Origin: Catajapyx aquilonaris
Lineage: Eukaryota
Direction: 5' to 3'
Assembly: GCA_000934665.2 (NCBI GenBank)
Contig: KZ538877.1
Coordinates: 1-42,617, forward strand
Length of the DNA: 42,617 bases
A program made the translations under genes and the position numbers. Positions 13,241 through 24,756 of the stretch are shown here, piece after piece (position 1 is the stretch's first letter; each line of letters starts with the position of its first letter). Below the pieces are notes generated by a model. It was not told where the DNA came from, searched no databases, and worked only from the letters and a program-made list of their open reading frames with translations.

Positions 13241-14964
13241 ACTCGCGCTTTCTGTTGGCACTTCTTTCCCTTTCCTAATCTCGTAAGCGACTGAATATTG
13301 TTTTTCCGAGGATTTTTTTCCATTTAAAAAAATGCCAACATGGTTGCCATATTGTGGCTAGGACGTGATTATAATGCAAATGGAATGCAATTGCTTTCAC
13401 TGATGCTGTACGGGCCAACATTCCACCGGCGGAATTATTTATTGCGTGCAAAAAAAAACCTGTTTTGGCGCGGGAGATGGACACGGAAATATTCGCTCCA
13501 TTGCATGGTAAAACCTGCTTTTTGGTGGAATAAAAATACCGATGATGACACTCGAGTCGGTTCATCATATTTTACATAATAAAAGGATGCAGTGTTATTA
13601 TCCGATGAAAGTGCAAGTAATAAACAATTTACATATCAACGAGGATGAGACTGGACCCAGTCCAGACCCGGTGCATTATTTTGGTAATATGCCGACATAG
13701 CTATGTTGCAGAGACACAAATCTTACTCAGTGTCGCATGGAAGAATATTGTTTGTTTATTGGCCGTCATGTTGGTGGAACTGTGCTTATTTAAGAAACAC
13801 AAAATGTGTGCCTGGTCTGGAACGGATTCAGTTTCCTTGGAGAACATGAGTGTGTAAATACTTATGTTGCACGACAACACTTCATTATTTTGTAAAACTT
13901 TCCAATACGGGTCATCGCATTGGTAGTTTTATTATTGCAGGAAGTTGTAACCGCATTGAGTCAGGCCACAGGAAAACATTTCCTTGTATTATCACTATTG
14001 CGGTCGTTGCGCGGGTTACGAAACTATACGACTTTTACTGTATTATTCTGAAGGCGCGTTTGTGGCGTGTATTACTGGATGTAAATAAGTCATCGTCGTG
14101 AATTAGGATCGTCAATTTACTAACGTGAGCAGGCTAGTTAGAGCATGCGTGACGTTAGAAGAGTAACACTACAGGGCTAACCAGGCAGTGCAATAACAAT
14201 CATGCAACAAGGATGTGTAAAAAAATGCATATTTTTATTTGGATACAGCTTGTCTATGATAATAATTCACACGCCGTAGTTTATTTATTTTATGAGACTT
14301 ATTTCTGGTATGCACACATGCATTAACATAATCATGTTTATGGAGCATAGCCTATTATATTGAAGGTAAAGTGTGTAATCCTTAGTAATGCGTTGAATTC
14401 AGTAAAAATTAACCTGAGTCATAATACGCACATACGAACAGTTCACTCAAGAAGTCCGTGGACAAAAGGCGCAGTGGCCAAGTTCACCCCCCCCCCCCAA
14501 TCCGGTCTCCCCCTTTTGAGTGGTGAAAAGTATATTTTTTGACAGTATAGAATATTCAATATTTCTGATGGCCATGTTCATATACAACTTCATAATTATA
14601 CCGCAAGCAATTTTTTAATAATCTCGATGCTTTCACTGGGACGTGACATTTTTATAGACGAGTGAAGTTTTCCCAGAGCCCCATGCAAGCATAGATTATT
14701 GAATTTGAATAAATCTTTTAAGGAACAATGCATGACTCAAATATTGGACGTGAAACAGTCTTGTGGAAGTTTCCACCCTCCTTTTTGTAGAGCAAAACAA
14801 ATTTAAAATTTGCTATTTTCAAATCTAATTCCAAAAAATAGGTAGGAAAATCTGACTTTCCTTTTTTTGTCTCATGTTTTAGGAACAGCTTCACTAAAAT
14901 TGGCTTGTTACACATTATATTGTGCATCTTATAGGACACATCCCTGTATTATAGTAACATCTGC

Positions 14965-17900
14965 CTACAGCCTGGTCGTGACCTTATCCTGCATCGGGAA
15001 GGTGTTTCGAGGATCAGTTCCTTGGTTGGAGCAGGATGATGTGGTGTCCTGTGATTGGCCATCATTGTCCTCCTCCTGCTGTCTGCCCTGTTGCAGCCAG
15101 CTAGAGATCCTCTTGGCCACGAGCCTTCTGGTTGCCGGATTCAGCACGAAGATGAGCATGACCAGTATTCCCTGCGAGGAGTTGACCACGTCGGACACCA
15201 CGAAGAAGTACCAGCTGTTCCTGGACCCTCGCATGGTTACCAGGTGCCACAGAAGTTCTCCGAACCAGTTCAGACCCATGGCCACGAACAACACCAGGCA
15301 CAGCTTCAGTCTGAAGTGACCGAGGGAGGAGATGAAACACACTGTGGTCGTTTCAACATCACTTACTGTTATAGAGTAGGACAACACATACCTTTTGATG
15401 TGGTGGGTCCTCACTTTTCGTTTTGTCTTCTGACTGCCAGCGTCAAGTGACTCGCTTCTTGACTTTGCGACCTGGACAATGGTGAGGACGAACAGGACGG
15501 CATTGATCCCAAGAAGGATGGCCACAGGTATCAAGAAGTACGCCATTGAGGACCTGGAATCTTGGAGACATCAATGTTTTAGATTAAAGCATATAAGGCT
15601 ATGTCTTGAAAATAATGTAATTATCGCTTTATTTTCTTTGAACCACCGCGCCACAATGATGTGCAAACAGTGTGAAAAACTGTATGTTGCAGTATTATAT
15701 AAAATCCTCATTTTAAATGCAATCTTGTAATTTTTCATATGCAAAATTTCCACAGAAGATGCCAGATACCTAATATTTTTTTATATAATTTTTAAGTCAA
15801 TGGTAAATTATAGATGGCTTTTAGAGTGGTCAATTATTCAATAATGGTGGAATGTGCTTGCTCGTATATAATAGTGCATTAATACCGAATGGCCTAAGTA
15901 GCAGGGTCCCTCCTTGCATTGCGCTGTGTGGTGGGCCTTTCATAACCTTTTCAGTATTATTAAGTAATTAATTTTTATTAAATACCGAGGCAGTGAACAA
16001 TAAGCAACTATAAAATCAGGATATTTGTACTTGTATTATTGCTAGAACAATATTATTAAAGGAAGGGAGACGGAGTGGCGCCGCGGTAACGCGCGCGCCC
16101 ACGGAAGTTAAGGTCCCGGGTTCGATCCCCACCCGGGGTTCCCACCTTCTTTCGTGCAGAGTTGGGCCATCTCTGGCTTCGTTTCGGGTGGCAATTTCCG
16201 ATAGACTAAGCCACCCGGGGGAGTTCACAAAATGACCAATTAACTACAGCGCACATGCACTTTGCACATCCCCTCCTAACGACCCGTGAAACACACTAAA
16301 TACTTTCAGTATACTAGTTTCACCACAGATGGTGGTAGCCCACCCCCCCTAAACGAGCCTCAGGCTCGAGCACGGGGTATCAATAAAAAAAAAATATTAA
16401 AGGAAGCATTTGCGATTATTACGGACGTCTCTATTTTAAAATTCGCAAAATTCCGATTTTCAATTTGTGGATTTTTGTAACATCAATATCTTTTTTAAAT
16501 AATCGTGGGGGTATGTGCTTCGTCTTTTCGCTATCTTGCACGGACCTTCCTTGTTGTTATTCTTGTAACACCAATATAGCGATTGTTCAACCCCGACTCT
16601 AAATTGTTTAATTTTATGCTACAAAGACCAATTTCAACTTTAAACTGTTTCTGGTCAAGGAAATGACAATCCTCTTGAGGGAGCCTGGCAGCATCAGTGT
16701 CATGAAGAACAATCCGCCAGAGTCTACCTATCGAGACTCACCTACGAACCAGCAGCTTCTGTAGGCGAACCTGGGCTTGATGAGGAAAGGGGGAACACCA
16801 GGGGAGAAGTCCATCACGAGGGTGACGACAGAGATGACCACTGGAGCTATCCAGCCAAATGCCACGAACATTTTGAACAGGTGCTTCCCTCTGGACATCA
16901 CGTTCCTGAGGAAGCAAACATAGTGAATAACCCACTTGTCTCTCGAATAGGCTCAATCTGTCAAGTCTGTGATGGTCCATCAGAAAGTTGGAGAAGCTTG
17001 TCCTTATAAGGAAAGCAAAGTGAAATAATATGATAACAATAATAAAATATTTTGCTCCATCCAATTACTGTGTGAACTGACATGGCCCTAATCACAGCAG
17101 TGTAAATATTCAATGTCCTCTTACGGACAATGCTCTATACTTACGATATAGTCCTCCATATGTCAAAGGACATGACGCATAGCCAGAAGAACGAAGCCAG
17201 GAAGAAGAAGTGGGTCAAGATTCCTGCAAAGCAATCGGCAAAAATTATAATTCGCAATCCGGATTAGGGAAAGGAGGGGATAGAAACCGCGATCAGATTG
17301 CGCAACATTATTTTAGTACTCCAGCGAGGAAGCACGCGGTCACCATGGGTGAGGTCACGCTTCCTCTCCATAATCTGTGAGACTTTAAGTAAGCGATATG
17401 CTTGCGTTTTTGTTATGGTAAATGAGGGACCTATAATCATCACAATATGTGAACCATATCAAATGAAAACATGGAATGAAAAACGACCAGAATCACGTTT
17501 CACTTGTTTCGAGATATGACCTTATATGACATAACCTTTTTCCAAACATTTCTACAGAGGTCTGTAATATTAATTTATCGTAAATCTGCCTCGGCCATCA
17601 TGTGATATATTCTTTGAGTACTATTTTATACAAAACATAATTCATTTTGACTAAATTGTGACACCACACTTAAATGTAAACTATTATTTATTCATAATTA
17701 TGCAGGATTTGTTGCAGGCAATTTAGACAACGCTCATTAGTCATTATGCGCTTTCATTTCATATAGAAATGTGCACCCCTAAACTCTCTTGTAAGAATAA
17801 AAATGATTTATTTTGACACCTTAAATGAAACATGGCTAAGAGATTTGGATATATTTTTTGAAAATTTGTTAAGAAAATTTAATATTACCTGAGGCAAATT

Positions 17901-18936
17901 CAGCTATTTATTTCACCAATTTTCTTCTAATTAGAGGAGCTTCCACCATGGACTGTTTTCACTTGCTATTAATATTATTTCGGTAACGAGGTTACGGAGT
18001 GTGAGCACACTGACCTATGGCCTTGCACAAAGAGGTGTGGTGCATGTAGATGTCAGCGGGTACCAGCCGTATGACGACCATTCCAAAGAAGCCGAGGAAA
18101 AGTGCCGAGACGTAGTTCAGGAGAGTCGCAGTGTGAAGGTGCTTCTTGGGTACGACGACCGAGTGCACGACGAAGGTCAAGATCAGGCAGACCAGGGACA
18201 GGATCAGCAGTGCCGGCACCACGTACAGCTGGAACCGCACCTCGGACGCGGTCTGCTCGAAGTGGGAAGGGTCGGTGGGGCACATGTACGCGACCTCGTG
18301 TGGCTGGGTGCCGTTCAGCACCTCCAGGTCCACGCAGTATTCGTCCGTAGTGTACGAGTCGCTGAATTTGGGCACGTACAAGGTTCCGTCTGTCAGGAGG
18401 TAGAAGGCGTCTTCGTGGTCCTCTCGGGTATCCAGCACGTAGGACTGGTTGCATGCCAGGCCATCCACGAATGTCCAGTTCTCAGGTGGTAAGCGTGTCT
18501 TTATGACTGAGAACCACCCTCGGAGGTGGAACACCGGGTGCCATGCCTGGTCCGAACTGTCGCACGACAAGTAGCCGTCGACCATCTGGATAGACTTGCC
18601 CTCGACGCAACATTTGGACACTTCGATCGGACCTAATAAGCAGTGAAGATTATTATTATTATTGGGGGTCAGGTGATCCCAAATATTAGCTGCTAATATG
18701 GATAATTATTTTCAAAAACTTCATTTAGTGTAGGCAGTAAGTTCACTTTATTGGCGTTTATTGCGCAGTAGGCTGACATGCAAATTGACGTGACTCGCCC
18801 ATGACAGCTCATCAGGAAAACTTTACAATTACAATCAACCAATAGTAACAACACAATCGTATGTGCTATACGTACCATAAGCCTCGAGTCCATGTGCAGA
18901 GGCGACCACCGCAAGGATCACCACCAGCGACCTCAT
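14965..18936 (-). CDS. Methuselah-like GPCR, paralogue D (short ectodomain), 6 exons, ~478 aa
   Basis: Exons 18936-18876, 18632-18015, 17223-17145, 16905-16742, 15560-15392, 15310-14965; 1437 nt in frame. Signal peptide MRSLVVILAVVASAHG, a single SKCC...DAFYL...YCVD module, HFFFLASFFWLCVMSFDIW, KPRFAYRSCWF, MGLNW, NSSQGILV. Confidence 0.88.
16066..16394 (+). mobile_element. tRNA-derived SINE, copy 1 (intron 4 of GPCR D, antisense to host)
   Basis: A-box TGGCGCCGCGG, B-box GGTTCGATCCC, A-rich tail, 12-bp TSD TATTAAAGGAAG at 16054-16065 and 16395-16406. The first ~210 bp closely match 23701-23912. Confidence 0.92.
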
Positions 18937-19339
18937 GACCTCTCCTTGGTCAGCATGAAGAGGCAAGTTGTTGCTACGACATGAAATCTGCAAGTGACTG
19001 CTATTACATACGCCGAATGTCGGATTTACCTGGTAGTGACGTCATCCGTTTGTACCACAACCGGTCGGTGTGGTTTTTTGTTATCTGAATATTTATACAC
19101 TATTTCCGTAATCAATGGGAAATGAGAGAGAAGCATTATTTTACTTCGTTGGATTGCCATGAATCACTTCCACAATATTGCAGAGGTTTTTTTCAGTAGA
19201 CCTCACTTGTTGCCAAAAGTGTTCTGTCCACTTTTGCAATCCATGCTCAATAGGTTTGCTATACCCTGGCAATAAATTGGGCTAAGTGTTAAAAGCATAT
19301 TTTTATTTTCAACATTAATGTACAAGGTGTATGCCGTAA

Positions 19340-20360
19340 TTAGTGAGGAAGGGACGTGAAGAAGTGGCTTCCGGCCAGTTTTGGAGCAGGAATCCTGGCG
19401 AAGACCTTCCTGAGGATGCCTCCGCCATTCTGGGCCAGGTTTCTCCTCACGTTTGGCTTCACTTCTTCCACAATGTGGTCCGTGTTCTCGTTCAAGAATG
19501 CGTCGGCCGCTTGCTCTGACAAAATGGACGAAACCAATCAGTCTTCAGTCATTTATGTTAGCAAAGCTGTTTGTAAAAAAAAAACGCGAAGGTATATAGT
19601 GTCGGGAAAAATAGCGCTTTTCGGGTTTTTTTTTAAAGCAAATGGCCGCACTTTCTAGGAACACTGGCCTTTTTTTTGCCTCTTATCAAGTTATAGCGGT
19701 TTGAATAATTTCACAAAAAATTATGGAAATGAGCCTGCCCCAGCCGGACGTGCCTGGTTTTCTGGGGAAATCCTGAAGGCCATAGACGAAGACACAACAG
19801 TTGCAACCGCGTATTTCTGAAGGGATTCCCTCAGTGCAGTGGTTGAGTCAGAGACCAAGAGTAGATCCAGGCAAAAAAATTAGTCGCTTTTGGATAAGTT
19901 TACTAAAATCATCATTACAGAAATTAATTAGTTCCACTTGAGGACAAGAAACCTACGAATATGACCAGTAAACACGTATTATGCCAAATCCATTGAAATT
20001 TAATAAATTAATATACAAGGACGAATGTCTTTGTGTTAACGGCACTTGTTTTTAAACCGAACAAAGTTCTTTTATACTGTGTATAATTGTCAATAGTTTA
20101 AAAAAAATCCAGATTATGGGGAAAAAAATAAAGCCAATTTTTTCGTCACTTCGAGAAAACAGGAAAAAACTGTTTTTGTATCATTTACTTTAACACTATA
20201 TGTTCAGCTTACAACAAATATGGATTTAAAAGGTCACGGACAATGTATTTTTGCATATTGACCAACCCATAGATTCCCAAGGATAATTTGACAGCTCTTT
20301 AAGCAATAAATATTAAATGTAAAAAATATAGATTAATAAATTTTAATGATCTCTCTCTCT

Positions 20361-20399
<39 letters not shown>

Positions 20400-21911
20400 G
20401 GGAAAAATAATAATATTATTTAAATTAGCTTCCAAACACAGAAAATTATCGCAATAATTGCGATAATTTTCTGAGTTTGGAGTTATTCAGGCAAGACTGA
20501 AATATTTTGCTCATATTACCATACCACCAATAGCTCCCAAAGTGTTTAGTGAATTAATTATGTGGCTTAGAAATCAGGCTGATTGCGCAAAATATTTGAT
20601 CGCTAATAAAATTGTAGCCATCCTTCGAGGCATTTGTAGGTTTGATATGTTATTGTGACTTTCTTGCTGCACTATTTTGTTAGCTTATTTTTATTGTAGT
20701 TACACAGCATGATAATACTGACCTAAGATGGGCTCGCCGCGGTATAGGTTGTTGAGTTTGGCCGAGACGTTCGAGTAAGTGAAGTCCACGTCAGTCTCCA
20801 GGATTTGAAGCCTGGACTCATCCTTGTTTGGGGGTCCGTCCAGGGTGAAGTTGGTCGTTCCGGTCAAGGTCACATCCACTGCAAATACAGTGGAGGGTGA
20901 CAAATAAACGTGTGATTCACTTATCATTCATATAATAAGACCTTACCGACTCTGAACCAAAATGTGCCATTGCCCTTCAGAGGCACGAATAATATCTGGG
21001 CGTCCATTTCGTACCTGCCGGACAGCAGGTATTCGGGTATGGACACTGTCCATCTGGACACACCGTGCGTGTAATCCAACCTATATAGGAAGGGGAAAGT
21101 ACGGTTCACAAGCGTATAGTTATCTTGGTTCACATGAGCATAGTTTCAATGTCATTTCCAGACGACAGCTATGAGTGACAAAGACAGCGACGCTCGTGTG
21201 AACCTTTCACAACTCTATTAGACTCACTGCAGACTACGGATCTGCATCTCGTCCAATCCTTTGACGGTGATGTTGTAGAACTTTGCGTTGATGTATGAGT
21301 TGGGTCCGCCTCCTTCGTTGGCCTCGAAGTCGTCTCCGGGGAAGGTGGTCAGCGACGGGAGGTCAAACTCGGGTATGCCTAAGTATATTATGAGAAATGG
21401 AGGACAATGCAGGCTGTGTCCCCGCCCATTGTTGTACAGCAAAAAGTACGCAACGGATCGTATAATAAGTGGGGCACCTTTTTCGAACAGAGGCCTCATG
21501 TCGTTGCTCAGCTTGATCACGCACGGCTCCACGTCTTTCCGGAGAACTCCTTTGCATCTCCGGAACACTTCATCTGGCAACAATCGGAAACAATAGCGCC
21601 TGGCATAATAATGAACGGATTCTTTAATAATTGGAAAGTGACATTGACACTACTGGAAAATAACTGAATAATGCAGATTATCGCCAAAGCTATACACACT
21701 GCATATAATTGTGGCCACTTTCATTTTGGTCCAGTCCCAATTCACGCGTGAAAATCCACTTGTTAGGCCTGGTTGATCTGACTCTGGTTTCCGGGTTACG
21801 GATTAAAGACAGAGCGTGACGTGAGAGTGACTTACCGATGGTAATTTCAGCTCCAGAAGTAATTGATTGTAAGGCAATGGCTATGGCTGCGAAGAAACTG
21901 AACCGCTTCAT
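19340..21911 (-). CDS. Takeout/JHBP family protein 1, 6 exons, ~262 aa
   Basis: Exons 21911-21836, 21573-21478, 21378-21228, 21080-20947, 20878-20723, 19515-19340; GT-AG, 789 nt. Signal peptide, two N-terminal Cys, GIPEFDLP, GRYEMDAQILFVPLKGNG, NNLYRGEPILG, AFLNEN...EEVKP. Confidence 0.9.
20350..20395. repeat. (CT)n microsatellite
   Basis: CT dinucleotide run with a CCCT interruption. Confidence 0.9.
20431..20481. repeat. Near-perfect palindrome (25-bp arms, 1 mismatch, 1-nt spacer)
   Basis: TCCAAACACAGAAAATTATCGCAAT-A-ATTGCGATAATTTTCTGAGTTTGGA. Confidence 0.9.
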
Positions 21912-21930
21912 TTTGCGCAGACTTGGTCTT

Positions 21931-21968
21931 GACTGCGAACGTGACTTCGCACGCGAATCCCTTTTAAA
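21931..21968 (-). promoter_or_regulatory. Putative core promoter of takeout/JHBP gene 1 (TTTAAAAG TATA variant plus Inr-like GCAGTC)
   Basis: TTTAAAAGGG about 34 nt upstream of GCAGTC, which lies ~20 nt before the ATG. A similar arrangement occurs in the paralogue. Confidence 0.4.
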
Positions 21969-22363
21969 TCTGTGCAAAACTCTTGCAAAACGCCTGGTCC
22001 AGCAGCTTTTTTTGTTGATTTCTCCAACCGGTTTTTCTCCATACTATTACTTTGCGTTGCAGTGATCCCTTTGTAGAGAACGAAGGTGATTTTTTATTGG
22101 TGATACAGCAAACGGGAATAAACTGGAGCGGAACGGAACGGCTTGGATAGAATTGGCACATGTCATGGGTCGTGTATATAGGGAAATAGCGGAAGCAAGG
22201 CGTATGTGACTAAATACACTTTATTACACGAGTGAGATGGATATGTACACAAAGGAACGTTGCTTGCGCGTGGTGTATACCCGTAACGACAAGGCTGACA
22301 ACAACAATGACTTCATTTTTTTTTTCTCCAGGACTGATGATTTGACTTTTGCGTTTATGATTT

Positions 22364-24648
22364 TTAGATGTCTCTGAGTTTGAAGGCTTCTTCCAAGAAC
22401 TCCCTTCCGGCCAGGTTCTTGAAGCTGACCCGTCTGAACACCCTGGTGATGATGTCCTCTCCCACGGTGACCAGCTTGTCCTTCAACTCCGGCTTGATCT
22501 CCTCCACTATGATCTCGCCGTTTGCTTGCACGAAGGCATCAGCTCCTTCCTCTGCTCAGAAGGTGAGGAGAGAAATTATTACAGTTTCGTAGCGTAATGA
22601 TGTAATGAGAGAGGCCACTTACTGAGAATAGGATTTCCGTCGAAGAGATTATTCAACCTGTTAGAGATAGTCGTGTAGTTGAATTCCAGCTGGGTGCCAT
22701 AAGGGACGATTCGAAGGTCGCCGTCCGTCTTGGTCAGTTTGAAGTTGGTCGCCCCTGTGCACTTGAAGTCGCCTGAAACACACGAGGAAGAAGGTCAGAG
22801 AACTGGTGAGGAGTGAGCACCCTTTGACCCTATACTGCTTGGTCACTGACCTAGCCTCAGCCAGAAGGTGCCCTTGCCCTTAAGAGGCACGAGCAGTAGT
22901 TGGGCGTCCATTTCGTAGTGACCTACGGCTACGAACTCGGGGGCGTCGAAGGAAAACAGGACTCGTCGACCGGGGTAGTCGATTCTATATATGGAAAAAT
23001 GACCGATTTTTTTTAAATGATAGAACTTATGCAAAACAAGTAGACGGAGACATACTGTAGGTCAGTGAGGGTCATCTCGTGCAATCCTTTGCAGAGTACG
23101 TCGTAGAAACGAGCACGAAGATAAGAGTTTCCGCTCTCCTGGTCAATCATGAGGGTGCCAACAGGAAAGGCGTCCTTCGGTTCCAAGTCAAGTTCCTGCA
23201 TACCTGGAATGAACGATGGAAATCGCACAATCACTTCACGATATTATGTAACTAGCAACATTAAATAACAATTACCTTCTTAACTCAAAAAACACTCGCA
23301 TATGCAAGACCTGACCCAATTAAATCCCATAATATTATTATCTTCAACAACACTCCTTCCTTTGTATTTAGGGTGGCAAAACCACCTGTTCAACGAGTTT
23401 GTGATCTGTCCATTCACCATTTATATTAATGAACACCGAACGATTCCCCCCTCCCTCCTCCCCCAACAATGATGACAAGTGGACTCCATTATTATTACTA
23501 CTCATTAATCTGGTTTCGAGGTAAATAATGCACAAGTAATGAGGAGTGGTATGCCAAGCAGGATATTTCTTACATTGCCAATTCATAGAGAATCTCAACC
23601 GAAGTAAGTCCGTAATTGTGCCTCGCAGCCAATTTTTTTCGATTTTCAAATAATCTAACTAGAGCCAATAGTATCGCAATTTTAATGTGATTATAGTATC
23701 GGGAGATGAAGTGGCGTCGCGGTAACGCGTGCGCCCACAGATATGAAGGTCCCGGGTTCAATCCCCAGCCGGGGTTCCCACCTTTATCAGTGCAGAGTTG
23801 GGCCATCTCTGGCTTCACTTCGGGTGGCAATTTCCGACAGGCTAAGCCACCCGGGGGAGTTCACAAAATGACCAATTAACGACAGCGCACATGCACTTTG
23901 CACATCCCCTCCCACCTATACCCTTGGAGTACACTAATAAGATCCTTCTTAACTCACTCCAACAAATCCCGATGGTGGTAATTCCACACCCCCTAAGGAG
24001 TAAATAGCTCCCCCCGTGGGGTAATGTAAAAAAAAAATGTGATTATAGCTTACTTATGAAAGTCTGTTGTAGACGAGGCTGTTATATCCGGATTCAACTG
24101 TATTAGGTTTCCTGGACCCAACACCTTTAATGTCTCCAACCTTTGCCTTCAGCATGCCATGTTTGGCTTCAAGCATTTTCGTGGTGGTCTTCTCACGTGG
24201 CAGTTGGCACAATGGATTCGTGACAAGAGTTTTAAAACCCATCTTATCTTTTATTTAAAGCCTGCAAAAGTTAGACCGTTGTTCCAAAGGGAACACAATC
24301 GGAAATAGCAATTCGTAGCCTGGAGAGATGATTCAACACGGCCTAGCATTAACTCAACTAATTTCAATAATGATACTTAGTGTGACATACCGGTTGTGAA
24401 GAATGGCTGCATGTCGTTGATGAGGCGTACGAGGCATTTCTCCAGGTCGCTTCTTCCGACCCCCTTGCATCTCAGGAAGATCTCCTCTGCGGATATGAGA
24501 AAATTATTAATATATAAGGTGTTGAAAGCATACCGACCGTTGCTTTTTTAAAAGTCAGGTCTGGTCAGTTACCGAGGCTGAGAGGGCCAGCCAAGACGGA
24601 GAGCAACAGAACGGCGACCAGGCCAAGAACCGTCTCCAGCAACCTCAT
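22364..24648 (-). CDS. Takeout/JHBP family protein 2, 6 exons, ~263 aa
   Basis: Exons 24648-24573, 24486-24391, 23203-23056, 22984-22851, 22772-22623, 22551-22364; 792 nt. Exons 1, 2 and 4 are the same length (76, 96, 134 nt) as in gene 1. Motifs: RCKG..EKC, GHYEMDAQLLLVPLKGKG, NNLFDGNPIL, ADAFVQAN..IVEEIKP. Confidence 0.9.
23697..24035 (+). mobile_element. tRNA-derived SINE, copy 2 (intron 2 of takeout/JHBP gene 2, antisense to host)
   Basis: A-box TGGCGTCGCGG, B-box GGTTCAATCCC, poly-A tail, 13-bp TSD AATGTGATTATAG at 23684-23696 and 24036-24048. Confidence 0.92.
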
Positions 24649-24720
24649 TGTCGTCTGGATGGCGAACGGGATTGATTCAACTACAACTGGTACTACTGAT
24701 TGGCTCAGTTACGCGGCAGG

Positions 24721-24756
24721 GAATGAATGGGCGACAGGTCCCGATTGCCCTTTAAA
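24721..24756 (-). promoter_or_regulatory. Putative core promoter of takeout/JHBP gene 2 (TTTAAAGG plus Inr TCATTC)
   Basis: TTTAAAGGG 32 nt upstream of the A of TCATTC, a match to the arthropod initiator TCAKTY; about 75 nt before the ATG. Confidence 0.45.

Noticed and set aside
16066..16140. tRNA gene-like A/B boxes (also at 23701-23775)
   Set aside because: These are SINE heads: followed by a shared body, poly-A and TSDs, with no convincing cloverleaf.
16936..17002. Possible extra exon in GPCR D (AAG|...|GTGGGT)
   Set aside because: 67 nt long, so it would frameshift; exons 3 and 4 already join in phase.
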